From: Promethearchaeota archaeon | GTDB taxonomy: Archaea > Asgardarchaeota > Lokiarchaeia > Sigyniarchaeales > SOKP01 | Reading direction: 5' to 3' | DNA: 64,000 nt | NCBI GenBank assembly: GCA_019058445.1 | Contig: JAHPZA010000003.1 | Span: 548,919-612,918, forward strand | Notes under the pieces: generated by a model | Seen by the model: the letters and a program-made list of their open reading frames with translations, nothing else | What the model was told of the DNA's origin: nothing | The model's database searches: none | Position numbers and translations under genes: made by a program | Shown: positions 19,871 to 29,999 of the stretch, one piece after another | Layout: every line of letters starts with the position of its first letter | How positions within the stretch are numbered: position 1 is the stretch's first letter

Positions 19871-20464
19871 TTAAGCGAATTTTCAACATTATCACTTGTC
19901 GTGTTAATCGGTATTTTATGAATATATCCTTTAACTATAACATAATGGTAATTAGTTTGCTTTGTCATGAGTTCTTAAAAATAAAGATAATGGTTTAAAG
20001 ATTAGGAGGGTTAAAAATTTGAGAATAAATTGATAATTAAAATTATTATATTAATAGATCAAATATCAGAAATTATGGCTTTATTCTCTTGTTTGAGTGA
20101 AAACTTTCTTACAAGCATATTATAAGAAATACATTTCATCCAGAACATTAAATAAATCTATAATTCCCCGATATAATAAGAATTGATTAACATATCAATA
20201 AGTTTTAGATGTTTAAATCTTAATATTATTATTTAAATAGAAATTCGTGTAACTATATTTTAACAAATCAGAGCTGCAATTATTGCTAATCAAAGGATAA
20301 AAAATTATCCCCTTTTTTTTGAATGGCTTAAAAGTAAGAATTTTAAATCTTTGGTTATTTTGCTATTTAGTATAAAAAATAAGAAATTAATCTTATATTT
20401 CATAGTAATTAATACATATAATATCAAAGCTTATCTAATTTATAAAAGAGGAAAAGTGGAAAAA

Positions 20465-20674
20465 TTGCCGAATTGTTATTTATGTGATAAACCTGCTGAA
20501 ATAATGTGTCTTAAATGTAATCAGGATGTGTGTAAAGATCATTTTACCCAAATGGGTATTTGTACAGACTGCTATGAAAGGAGATTAAAGCAAGTAAAAA
20601 ATGTTATGACTGCCATCATTATCCTTGCTTTAATAGGAATTCCCGTGATTTTATTTAGTGTATTTTTTCTTTAA
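20465..20674 (+). CDS. Small B-box-like zinc-finger protein with a C-terminal transmembrane anchor
   Basis: CYLC-x7-CLKC-x4-CKDH-x6-CTDC followed by a hydrophobic C-terminal helix; TTG 20465 preferred over 20351. Confidence 0.7.
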   Translation: MPNCYLCDKPAEIMCLKCNQDVCKDHFTQMGICTDCYERRLKQVKNVMTAIIILALIGIPVILFSVFFL

Positions 20675-20823
20675 ACATAATTGTAAGAATAAAAAAATTA
20701 TATTTCTATCCTTTAGATCTCATTAGAATTCAATCTAACTACATTAGTTTATATATACTCCCTACTAATTATCTTATAGAAAGTTAAGGTTTTTATTATC
20801 TTAAGTTTAATCTGAAAATCGTA

Positions 20824-21330
20824 ATGAGCATGCCTGATTGTAGGTATTGTGGTAAAAATACGGGATATTTACCATTTATATGTAAATTTTGTGGTATGTC
20901 CTTTTGTAAATCGCACAGATTGCCAGAGAACCACGATTGTCCTTTCGATATCATGTCAAAAGATGGGAATGTTGACAAAAACTATATTCTTTATCAAGAT
21001 GCTTTTGAATTAATGAATAATGATCTTACAATAGATAAGATCTTTTATTATGTCCAATCTAAACAATTAAACAAGAAAGAAGCTACGCACCTGTTAAATT
21101 CGTTTCTAGAGAATAGTAATGAGGTCGAAGTGCGAAAAATATGTCTCATGGCAATTAAGTTACTGGAGCTTAAGACCGATAAAGCTTATATAATTCTTGA
21201 AAATTGCTTATTTTCTGATGAAGATCCCGAGGTGAGACGTGTAGCAGCACGTGTATTAGCATCTAATTTTCCCAAAAAAAGCAAGGATGCCTTAAAATGG
21301 GCTTATGAACATGATAAAAGCCTTTCTTGA
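20824..21330 (+). CDS. AN1-type zinc finger plus HEAT-repeat protein
   Basis: CRYC...LPFICKFCGMSFCKSHRLPENHDC (AN1); EVRKICL and DEDPEVRRVAARVL (HEAT). Confidence 0.85.
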   Translation: MSMPDCRYCGKNTGYLPFICKFCGMSFCKSHRLPENHDCPFDIMSKDGNVDKNYILYQDAFELMNNDLTIDKIFYYVQSKQLNKKEATHLLNSFLENSNEVEVRKICLMAIKLLELKTDKAYIILENCLFSDEDPEVRRVAARVLASNFPKKSKDALKWAYEHDKSLS

Positions 21331-21447
21331 ATAAAAAATCGAAAATTTGGGGTAGTCAGTTGATTTTATAACCATAAATCATTTTTTTACAATGCGAGAG
21401 TTTTCAATTTCATATCTAATGTAAAAATTCTGAAATTATAGATACAA

Positions 21448-21744
21448 ATGATAAAAAAACATCGTTCTGGTAAAATTAAGCTACCGGTATTTGAATATAG
21501 TTGGTCGAAAGAGATTGATAAAGAAGTACCTAATATCAAGGTGATTCAAGATCAAATAAATACTTTTTTATTCGTGATTCAAAAAAAAGAGAACTTTAAG
21601 ATAAATGATTTAAGAAATGAGTTTAAATCATTTGTGAAATTAATGGTTAGGCGAGGTCATATAACAAGATTAGAAGAAAACTATCAAGATAAATTTTTAG
21701 AAATAACTAACTTTGTAAAAGAATATTGGTATAATAAAACCTAA
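21448..21744 (+). CDS. Hypothetical protein
   Basis: 98-aa ORF with ATG start that fills the gap; no recognisable motif. Confidence 0.55.
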   Translation: MIKKHRSGKIKLPVFEYSWSKEIDKEVPNIKVIQDQINTFLFVIQKKENFKINDLRNEFKSFVKLMVRRGHITRLEENYQDKFLEITNFVKEYWYNKT

Positions 21745-21762
21745 AAATAGTTGTAAAGCATG

Positions 21763-22317
21763 TTATTGAGCGCTTAGTCCCTTATATTTATGATATAATT
21801 CTTTAATAAGAGTTTGGAACGCTTTAATAACGTCTTCCCCTGTCTTAGCAGAAGTTTTATAGTACCCTATAAACCCATATTTCTTTAGGATTTTTAGAAC
21901 TTTTTTTTCTTTCAGTTTCTTTTTATCTATTAAATCAACTTTATTTCCCAATAAAATAATTGGTACATCACCACAATATAATTTGATATCCTCGTACCAT
22001 TCGTCGACATGTTCAAAACTTTTCTTTCCATGACTCGAATCTTCAATAGAATATACAACGATTGCCGCTCTACTCCCTTGATAAAAAGCAGGACGTAGGA
22101 AATGAAACGTATCTTGACCTGCTATATCCCAAAAAAATAATTCGATTTTATCTCCATTTATCTCATCCTCAAAGCTTGATAATTGCGCACCTATCGTCTG
22201 AATATAATTTTCTTGAAAAGTGCCTTGAGTAAACTTCATAATTAATGAAGTTTTACCTACTGCGGAATCTCCAACCACGACAATTTTGAAAACAAATTTG
22301 TCTTTATTATCAGTCAA
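21763..22317 (-). CDS. Rab-like small GTPase (Ras superfamily)
   Basis: G1 GDSAVGKTS, G2 TIG, G3 WDIAGQ, G4 GNKVD, G5 TSAK; no C-terminal prenylation cysteines. Confidence 0.95.
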   Translation of the reverse strand: MTDNKDKFVFKIVVVGDSAVGKTSLIMKFTQGTFQENYIQTIGAQLSSFEDEINGDKIELFFWDIAGQDTFHFLRPAFYQGSRAAIVVYSIEDSSHGKKSFEHVDEWYEDIKLYCGDVPIILLGNKVDLIDKKKLKEKKVLKILKKYGFIGYYKTSAKTGEDVIKAFQTLIKELYHKYKGLSAQ

Positions 22318-22534
22318 TAAATCACACTTCTAAAATTGTATCATGAAAATTTAAGTATTTGAAATACAAATTATTTTTTAAATAAAGTTAGATAACATTG
22401 ATAAAAAAAATCTTTTCTTTCTTAAATATTTATAAGACTGTTTTCTTGGCTATTTATTTATTTGTATTCATTTTATAAAAATAATTGAAACATAAAAACG
22501 AAAGATCTAATTTAGAATAAAAAAGGGATGGTTT

Positions 22535-23305
22535 ATGCCAGAAAGATTAAGTTCAAATATGGAAGTTTATTTTGGTTTATTTGGGGCTCTTACAACAGCG
22601 ATCTGTGTATTCACTGCTGCGCTTCTTACGCCCGATTATGATTTTACCATATATTATGTAAGCGATTTAGGATCCATGCAATTTAAATCATTATTCAGTA
22701 TTGGGTTTGTTATTGGTGGTGCATTAGGGATCCCATTTTTTATTTACCTCGAGAGAGAATTGATTAATGTAAATCATTCAATTAGAAGACTGGCGACTGG
22801 CGCGTCTATATTTACATCTGTTTGTGTTGCATTAGTAGGAATCATACCTGATGAGACCTATCTTCAGATTTTTCTCATATTTCATGGCTTTGTTGCATCC
22901 ATTGCCTTTATTGGCTCTTGTATTTACATCAGCCTTTATAGCTATTTAATGTATAAGGGTCCTAAATCTAAACTGTACACAGGCCCCATGTTTAAGAAAA
23001 TATTAGCCTATTTCGGTTTCAGTATTAATATCCCCTTGGTTCTCTTTTATATGACCTGGTCATCTGTGATAGAATGGATTTTGTTTGTTGTAATATTTTT
23101 GTGGGTGGTACTGACAGCGATTACATTATTAGAATTCCGGTTTTTCAATATCGCAGGGGTTTACTATAGACGTGGAAAATTCCCCGAGGCGCTCGAAAGG
23201 TTTGAAGAATCTCTCAAAATATTGAATAAGTTAGACTTAAAAGAACATCCAATAGCAGAGACAATTAAAGAAAATATTGAATATCTCAAGAAAAAAGTAA
23301 CCTAA
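22535..23305 (+). CDS. DUF998/Frag1-DRAM-like membrane protein with a C-terminal TPR segment
   Basis: About 6 TM segments, YVSDLG, HGFVA and IEW motifs; tail NIAGVYYRRGKFPEALERFEESLKI is TPR-like. Confidence 0.7.
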   Translation: MPERLSSNMEVYFGLFGALTTAICVFTAALLTPDYDFTIYYVSDLGSMQFKSLFSIGFVIGGALGIPFFIYLERELINVNHSIRRLATGASIFTSVCVALVGIIPDETYLQIFLIFHGFVASIAFIGSCIYISLYSYLMYKGPKSKLYTGPMFKKILAYFGFSINIPLVLFYMTWSSVIEWILFVVIFLWVVLTAITLLEFRFFNIAGVYYRRGKFPEALERFEESLKILNKLDLKEHPIAETIKENIEYLKKKVT

Positions 23306-23421
23306 TAATAATAAACCTTCTTTTTCAATTAATTTCAGCAAAGATTATTTGAAAAACGAATTCTTTTTAGGAATTATTACAATAAAGCTTAATATTGATA
23401 ATTTCTCATTAAATTCTTGGA

Positions 23422-24336
23422 ATGATACAATTTGTAATAAACAACTTTCTCTGTCTAAAATTAGAAAATAATAGAACAAATATTTATGTCAATAAAGAAT
23501 TGTTTTTACAATGTAAATATCTCTTACTTAATCTATCTGAGAGTGAATTAAAATCCACTACTTTAATAAATTCTATCGATGAAGCGGCAGGATTATTAGA
23601 TAAGTCCTTAGAAAGGCATAATCATTCTATTGAGTTATTAACTCCAGAAGCTCAATTTTGGGGACATTGCTCAAATTTACAGGCATGGTATGAAAATGAT
23701 TATGATACACGTTTACTTCATAGTAATTTAGCATTTCCGTTATTAAAAAAATTGGCCGAAGCGGGTGACACACGAGCAAAAAAAGTTTTTAAAGATGAAA
23801 TTGCTAAAAGATTTGAGAAAGGAAACTTAAATTCAGTTAGATATTTCCTTGAAAATGGTTATTTAACTTACCTAAATAAAGAAGAATTGGAATGTCTCTT
23901 GGAACAAACAACTTTTAATTTAACTGCTAATATTATCATTGAGCTCCAATCAGTATGGGATGAACTTTCAGATAAAAAGTATTTGAAAATTGGAAGCATT
24001 ATAGAAATTCTCTTATTTTTTGCTTTAAAATGTAATATAAATAATTTTTTTCAAATCATTGAACGCTTACCAGAAAATATGAAAGAAGAGTTTGTAAAAC
24101 GAATAATACTTTTTTTAAATTACCAGGAATTTGACCATTATAAAGTTCCCTATGGTAGATTTTTTCTTTTTTTTGAAAAATTTCTAAATTATGTCTATGA
24201 TAATTTTCCAAAAATCTATAAGTACCTCAATTTAATCAATAGTGGATATCTTAATGGCACACTTTCTAAAGATGATAAATTTACAATTGGTACTAAATTC
24301 TCTTATCCCTCTAATAGTTCACTTTCAAATTATTGA
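23422..24336 (+). CDS. Lokiarchaeal conserved-domain protein (FWGHCSNLQAW family)
   Basis: LKLENNRTNIYVN..FLQCKYLL, SIDEAA, FWGHCSNLQAWYENDYDTRLLHSNLAFPLLKKL...AKKVFKDEIAKR; I recall this as a multicopy Loki domain often fused to LRRs. Confidence 0.7.
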   Translation: MIQFVINNFLCLKLENNRTNIYVNKELFLQCKYLLLNLSESELKSTTLINSIDEAAGLLDKSLERHNHSIELLTPEAQFWGHCSNLQAWYENDYDTRLLHSNLAFPLLKKLAEAGDTRAKKVFKDEIAKRFEKGNLNSVRYFLENGYLTYLNKEELECLLEQTTFNLTANIIIELQSVWDELSDKKYLKIGSIIEILLFFALKCNINNFFQIIERLPENMKEEFVKRIILFLNYQEFDHYKVPYGRFFLFFEKFLNYVYDNFPKIYKYLNLINSGYLNGTLSKDDKFTIGTKFSYPSNSSLSNY

Positions 24337-24391
24337 ATTTTTATTAATTATTGTCAAAAACTATTTAATTTTAAAATAATTTGTTTTAATT

Positions 24392-25246
24392 ATGAGTAAT
24401 ACTGAGTTTAATCAGTTCAAGGGGAATGTTAACACAGAACGAGTTCGTTACATTGCCGATCCTCAGTTAAGAAATATTGTCAACGTCTCTATCGCTCTAG
24501 CGAGACCTCTTCTCGTAAAAGGGGAACCAGGTACAGGAAAAACATTATTATCTCATGCTATAGCGGAAGCCCTCGGTAAGCAATTGATCATTTGGAACAT
24601 AAAGAGTACAACTGAAGCAATTGACGGTTGCTATATGTACGATACAGTCCAAAGATTAAATGACAGTCGATTTGGGTGCGAAGATAGGGATGTTGATAAC
24701 ATTAAAGACTATATTACCCTTGGACCCTTAGGCGAAGCATTTGTGTCAGACGAACAGGTTGTTCTTTTGATTGATGAAGTTGATAAGGCAGATATCGAGT
24801 TTCCAAACGATTTATTACAAGAACTTGATGTAATGGAATTCTATATTAAAGAAACCAAAGAATTTATAAAGGCGAAACATAGACCTATCGTGATCATTAC
24901 ATCTAATAACGAAAAAGAGTTACCTGATGCCTTTTTAAGAAGATGCGTATTTCACTGGATTGAATTTCCCTCAAAGGAATTTATGGCTGAAATTTGCAGA
25001 TTGCATTATCCGAATTTGAAACAAAATTTACTGGATCAATGTCTTAAGAATTTTTATCTTTTAAGAACCATAACCAAACTTAGAAAAATGCCATCTACAT
25101 CAGAATTACTGGATTGGATTGGAGTGCTCTTGAAATCTGGTATAACTGTCGAAGAATTGAAAAAAGGTATACCTTTTCTAGGTGTTTTAATTAAAAAAGA
25201 AAAGGATTTGGAAATTGCCATTGAAAAAGCTAAATTTCCTTCTTAA
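24392..25246 (+). CDS. MoxR/CoxD-like AAA+ ATPase
   Basis: Walker A GEPGTGKT, Walker B LLIDEVDKAD, FPNDLL, ITSNNEKELPDAFLRRC, PSTSELLDW. Confidence 0.93.
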   Translation: MSNTEFNQFKGNVNTERVRYIADPQLRNIVNVSIALARPLLVKGEPGTGKTLLSHAIAEALGKQLIIWNIKSTTEAIDGCYMYDTVQRLNDSRFGCEDRDVDNIKDYITLGPLGEAFVSDEQVVLLIDEVDKADIEFPNDLLQELDVMEFYIKETKEFIKAKHRPIVIITSNNEKELPDAFLRRCVFHWIEFPSKEFMAEICRLHYPNLKQNLLDQCLKNFYLLRTITKLRKMPSTSELLDWIGVLLKSGITVEELKKGIPFLGVLIKKEKDLEIAIEKAKFPS

Positions 25247-25291
25247 TTCTTTATATTTTTTCAAATAATTAAATAAAAGAAGAATTTTTTC

Positions 25292-26632
25292 TTAAATTTT
25301 AAATTCCTCAGCTTCTATTTCTCCTTTTGCAAAAACTTCCGGATAGGCTTTTATATCGATAAATACAAGCATTAAAAGGATGACAATAGTAAATACACAT
25401 GTTAATCCAATCAGGAAATAAGCATCGAAATCGAATCCCATAGAAGAAACCATCCAAATTTCTAAATACCAATATGCTAATAAAGGGGCAATAATTTGAG
25501 CAATCGACATCATATTGACGGCATACCCTGATACTAACCCTTGCTTATCCTCATCTACTGCTTTAGAAAGATTTGTCATAAGTATAGAACGTGTGAAAAT
25601 GTGCGAAATCATGTAAGGAACAATGAAAATATAGAGATACCACAACTCATAGAGGAAAGGATAAATCATAAATACTGCCATTGCCAAAAGTAGGGCAAAT
25701 AGGAGCGTTATTTTCTCGCCGAGTTTTTTTACTGTTGGTCTTATTAGAAATCCTCCTGTAATAATCATTATGATCCCGGCAATTGATGCAAATAATCCAA
25801 TCACAGCGACGTTTGCGTTATACCGCAGCGTCATTACTAATGGAAAGCTTGAATTTATAATAATAAACGCAAAGATCAGCAGAAACAATTCTGCTAAACG
25901 GAGAACAACGACTTTTGTGAGCACAGGAGATTTCTTACCGCCATTTTGTTCTTTCTTTAACATCCTCCGCTCTCTCAAGTCCGAAACCCTCTGCTTGGGC
26001 ATACTCTCAACCAGAAATTTAGAGGTAAGTATTATTGTAAGTATTGAAAGTAAGCATGCAACAAATACAGGATACCGCCAATTAAGTATTCCAAGTAAAC
26101 CCCCTATCGCAGGTCCGAATATCATGCCGAAAGCCATTGCAGCTGTAATTTTACCAACTTCAGTGGACCGAGTTTCCTCATCAGTAATGTCCATTATATA
26201 CGCTCTAATAACAGGGATGTTTCCTCCAAAAATACCGTCTAATATTCTTGAATAAAATACAATTTCAATTGAATCAGATAACCCTAATACTAAAAAGGCG
26301 GCAAGAGTTCCTGCTTGAGATATAATTAGTATAGGTTTCCTTCCGTATCGATCACTTAACTTTCCCCAAATGGGGGCAAAAATAAATGCAAATAAAGCAT
26401 TGGAAGCAATTAGGAGACCGATCGTGAAGTTTGTCGCTCCAAAGGTCTTTAGTGCAATTGTTGGGAGTAGTGGTAATATCATAGAATAGCCTAATACATC
26501 AATAAATATTGCAAGCATTATAGTGAGTTTTGCTATTCTTTTGTCAATATTGTACATTTTCAGTTTTTCTTCATGATTCATTTTTTTAGCTGGTTCGTTT
26601 TCCTTTAAATTATCCTTGGGGTGATTTTCCAT
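25292..26632 (-). CDS. MFS transporter, DHA1/TetA-like
   Basis: FIDVLGYSMILPLLP, WGKLSDRYGRKP, SRILDGIFGGN, GPAIGG; ATG 26632 preferred over the ORF-track start at 26707. Confidence 0.88.
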   Translation of the reverse strand: MENHPKDNLKENEPAKKMNHEEKLKMYNIDKRIAKLTIMLAIFIDVLGYSMILPLLPTIALKTFGATNFTIGLLIASNALFAFIFAPIWGKLSDRYGRKPILIISQAGTLAAFLVLGLSDSIEIVFYSRILDGIFGGNIPVIRAYIMDITDEETRSTEVGKITAAMAFGMIFGPAIGGLLGILNWRYPVFVACLLSILTIILTSKFLVESMPKQRVSDLRERRMLKKEQNGGKKSPVLTKVVVLRLAELFLLIFAFIIINSSFPLVMTLRYNANVAVIGLFASIAGIIMIITGGFLIRPTVKKLGEKITLLFALLLAMAVFMIYPFLYELWYLYIFIVPYMISHIFTRSILMTNLSKAVDEDKQGLVSGYAVNMMSIAQIIAPLLAYWYLEIWMVSSMGFDFDAYFLIGLTCVFTIVILLMLVFIDIKAYPEVFAKGEIEAEEFKI

Positions 26633-26770
26633 TTTCTTAATCCCAATATTATTTTTGTACCTAACGGTTTTGCAGTAAAGGTTAGCAAATTTAAAATATT
26701 TTATCATATTTTTTATAAAAAAACCCCATATATGATAATTTTATTAAAAATTAAATCCATTTTCTCTAAG

Positions 26771-28177
26771 ATGAATAATCTCCAAAATGTTATGGAAAGT
26801 ATTGAAAAAGCGAGAAAAATTACAAAAAAATGTCCATTTCGTCCTAAATTCCACTTTTTGGCGCCTGCAAATTGGATGAATGATCCTAATGGCCCTATTT
26901 TTTATAAAGGGGAATATCACCTTTTCTATCAACATAATCCATATAATGATGATTGGGGATACGTACACTGGGGCCATGCGAAAAGTAAAGACTTGGTCCA
27001 CTGGGAACATCTTCCTATAGCGTTAGTTCCTTCAAATGAATTAGGTGAAGAACATTGTTATTCTGGGTGCTGTGTCGATAATAATGGCGTTCCTACTATT
27101 ATTTATACCAGTATTGGTCCTAAAAAATTACCATCAACAGGTGCAGAGCAATGGCTTGCTACGAGTATAGATGATATGATTACTTGGCAAAAAACTCCTT
27201 ATAATCCAATTATGACACTTGATTTACATGGAGAGTTAGATGTACGGGAGTGGAGAGATCCTTATGTTTGGAAGGAAGGGGATTATTGGTATATGACGTT
27301 AGGAGGTCATATTCATAACTCTCAAGCGGGAATTGCATTATTATATCGATCTTGTGATCTTTTGAAATGGGAATACTTAAATCCTCTATGTCAAGGGGAA
27401 AAAAAAAGTAAAATGACAGGGTTGAACTGGGAATGTCCTAACTTTTTTCCTCTTGGAGATTATCAAGTATTAATTATATCTCCCCATAGAAAAGTAGTTT
27501 ATAGTGTAGGAAATTATAAGAATCATACCTTTTCAGCTGATTATTGGAGGTATTTAGATCATGGTCGAGCTTTTTATGCTCCAAACACGATGTTTGATAG
27601 ACAAGGGAGGGTAATTATGTGGGCTTGGATACAAGGTGGGGGAACAGGTGGATGGAATGAATGTTTATCTTTACCCCGGATTTTAACTTTAGATAATAAG
27701 AGCAAATTACAAATCCACCCTGCTCCCGAACTTCAGATTCTACGAGAATCTCATATTCATATGGAAAATATAAAGCTATCACCCCAATCAAACTGTATTC
27801 TAGAAAATGTGAAAGGAAAATGTTTGGAAATTATTGCAGAGTTCGAAGTAAACACTCCAACGTCCTTCGGGTTTAAGGTTTTTCAATCAAACAATCAGAG
27901 AGAATTTGAAACCATTGGATATGATAATGAGAAAAATAGGCTTTGGGCAGGCAAAGAAAAGGGTAAAATTGATTATCCCCCAAACAAACCACATGTACTT
28001 TTTCATATATTTATAGATAAATCCGTAATAGAAGTATTTCTTAATTATAGTGAATGTTTAACGAGTCGAATATATCCAAAATCAGATGATTCAGAGGGAA
28101 TTGATCTTTTCGCTTCAAATGATGATATAAAACTGACACGTTTAGATATATGGAAATTAAAATCTATTTGGAAATAA
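26771..28177 (+). CDS. Glycoside hydrolase family 32 (beta-fructofuranosidase/sucrose-6-phosphate hydrolase-like)
   Basis: WMNDPNG, WGHAKSKDLVHW, WRDP, WECP, FYAP, IDKSVIEVF; ATG 26771 avoids overlap with the divergent MFS gene. Confidence 0.93.
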   Translation: MNNLQNVMESIEKARKITKKCPFRPKFHFLAPANWMNDPNGPIFYKGEYHLFYQHNPYNDDWGYVHWGHAKSKDLVHWEHLPIALVPSNELGEEHCYSGCCVDNNGVPTIIYTSIGPKKLPSTGAEQWLATSIDDMITWQKTPYNPIMTLDLHGELDVREWRDPYVWKEGDYWYMTLGGHIHNSQAGIALLYRSCDLLKWEYLNPLCQGEKKSKMTGLNWECPNFFPLGDYQVLIISPHRKVVYSVGNYKNHTFSADYWRYLDHGRAFYAPNTMFDRQGRVIMWAWIQGGGTGGWNECLSLPRILTLDNKSKLQIHPAPELQILRESHIHMENIKLSPQSNCILENVKGKCLEIIAEFEVNTPTSFGFKVFQSNNQREFETIGYDNEKNRLWAGKEKGKIDYPPNKPHVLFHIFIDKSVIEVFLNYSECLTSRIYPKSDDSEGIDLFASNDDIKLTRLDIWKLKSIWK

Positions 28178-28285
28178 AAATTTTGAATTTATTTGTTAAT
28201 CTAGAAAAAAGATTTTTAATTCCTCAAGATAAATTATTATATCGTTCTATAATTTAAATTAAAATTGATAATTTGGTGAAAAAAT

Positions 28286-29968
28286 ATGGAATTACCAGAA
28301 TATATAAAAAATCCTATTTGGAAAGATCATATGCCACCTGGGCTCACTTTAGAAATAGATCTGCCTGAAGACATGTCTTTAGGGGATGTATTTAAAATGG
28401 GAGCTGATGATTACGGAGAAAAGGTTAACATTGTATTTGCGGGGAAAGAGTATACCTTCCAGGAGGTATATGACCTCACTATAAGGTTTGCAAATGGTTT
28501 GCTAAACTTAGGAGTTAAAAAAGATGATGTAGTGGCAATTTGGTTGCCTAATTGTCCCCATTTCGCTATTAGTTATTTTGCTACTTTAAGTATTGGAGCG
28601 ACTGTTACTGCCATTAGCCCATTATATGTCGGTCGAGAAATGGCCTATCAGGTTAAGGATTCAGGAGCGGAATACGTAATTGTAATTGATAGATTTATAA
28701 AGCAGTATAAGAAGGCAGAAAAAGAACTGCAGCTAAAGAAGACAGTTATTGTAAATATAGAAGGAGGAGTACCGGAAGAGCCAGAAACGGATAAATTAAT
28801 CCATTTTAATACCATAATGAATGAGAATCCAGACCCTAAACCGCTTCCTGAAATTAAGGTCAATCCCAAAGAAGATGTAGCTGTTATTCAATATACAGGT
28901 GGAACAACAGGACTTCCGAAGGGGGCGGAGTTATCCCATTATAATATTGTATCAAATATTCTCCAAATTAAGCAGGTTTCTGTGTATATGAAAGAAAATT
29001 ATTTAAAGGAAGACATAGTTTCTATATCCGTACTTCCTTGGTATCATATTTACGGACAAACTTGCGAAGTAGCACTTGCTCCATTTATCGGATCGAAAGG
29101 ATTTATCCTTCCGACTTTTGATATGGGAAGAATCTTTGAAATTATGAAGAATCAAAAACCAAATACAATGCTTGGAGTACCTACTATGTTCCTCAATCTT
29201 TTAAATTCACCGCTAGCTAAGGATGCTGATTTTTCTTGTTTGAAGTATGTCAATGTAGGAGCTAGTGCTATGCCAATAGAGGCAGCTAAAGAATGGGAGA
29301 AAAGATCAGGATTTGCTATGGGCGAAGGTTATGGTCTTAGTGAAACTAGTCCCGGAGTAACGAATTCTCCACCATGGGCAAAGAAAAAAGATGGGAGCTG
29401 CGGCACACCAATGGCAAGTACCTTTGTTGGGATAATAAATGAAGACTTAGAATTTTTACCAATAGGTGAAGCAGGTGAACTTGTTGTATCCGGACCACAG
29501 GTTATGTTAGGTTATCATAACAGACCAGAAGAAAATAAACTGGTATTTTTTGAAGCTGGAGGGTATAGATGGTTAAGAACTGGAGATTTCGCTAGACTTG
29601 ATGACGAAGGATATATCTTTATCTTAGATAGAGTCAAGGATTTAATCAAATATAAAGGACATAGTGTATATCCTAGAGAAATTGAGGAAGTTCTTTACGA
29701 ACACCCCGCTGTTCAAGAATGTAGCGTTATTGGAGTGAAGGATCCTGTTAAAGGGGAGGATATTAAAGCATATATTATTCTTCGAAAAGAATACCAAAAG
29801 AAAATTACAGAACAGGAAATTATTGACTGGTCTAAAGAGAATCTTGCAGCTTATAAATATCCTAGGATGGTAGAATTTGTTCGTAGTTTGCCAAAAAGCT
29901 CGGTAGGTAAGGTTTTAAGAAAAAATCTTAGAGAAAAAGAAGCAAAAAAGAAAAAAAAGAGTAAATAG
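28286..29968 (+). CDS. Long-chain-fatty-acid--CoA ligase (AMP-forming)
   Basis: QYTGGTTGLPKG, EGYGLSE, WLRTGD, DRVKDLIK, LPKSSVGK. Confidence 0.92.
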   Translation: MELPEYIKNPIWKDHMPPGLTLEIDLPEDMSLGDVFKMGADDYGEKVNIVFAGKEYTFQEVYDLTIRFANGLLNLGVKKDDVVAIWLPNCPHFAISYFATLSIGATVTAISPLYVGREMAYQVKDSGAEYVIVIDRFIKQYKKAEKELQLKKTVIVNIEGGVPEEPETDKLIHFNTIMNENPDPKPLPEIKVNPKEDVAVIQYTGGTTGLPKGAELSHYNIVSNILQIKQVSVYMKENYLKEDIVSISVLPWYHIYGQTCEVALAPFIGSKGFILPTFDMGRIFEIMKNQKPNTMLGVPTMFLNLLNSPLAKDADFSCLKYVNVGASAMPIEAAKEWEKRSGFAMGEGYGLSETSPGVTNSPPWAKKKDGSCGTPMASTFVGIINEDLEFLPIGEAGELVVSGPQVMLGYHNRPEENKLVFFEAGGYRWLRTGDFARLDDEGYIFILDRVKDLIKYKGHSVYPREIEEVLYEHPAVQECSVIGVKDPVKGEDIKAYIILRKEYQKKITEQEIIDWSKENLAAYKYPRMVEFVRSLPKSSVGKVLRKNLREKEAKKKKKSK

Positions 29969-29999
29969 ATTTTATAATTTTTTTTTAAGTCATTTTTAT

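Noticed and set aside
26621-26707. Apparent head-to-head overlap of the MFS and GH32 ORFs
   Set aside because: Artefact of longest-ORF calling; downstream ATGs (26632 and 26771) leave a normal divergent promoter gap.
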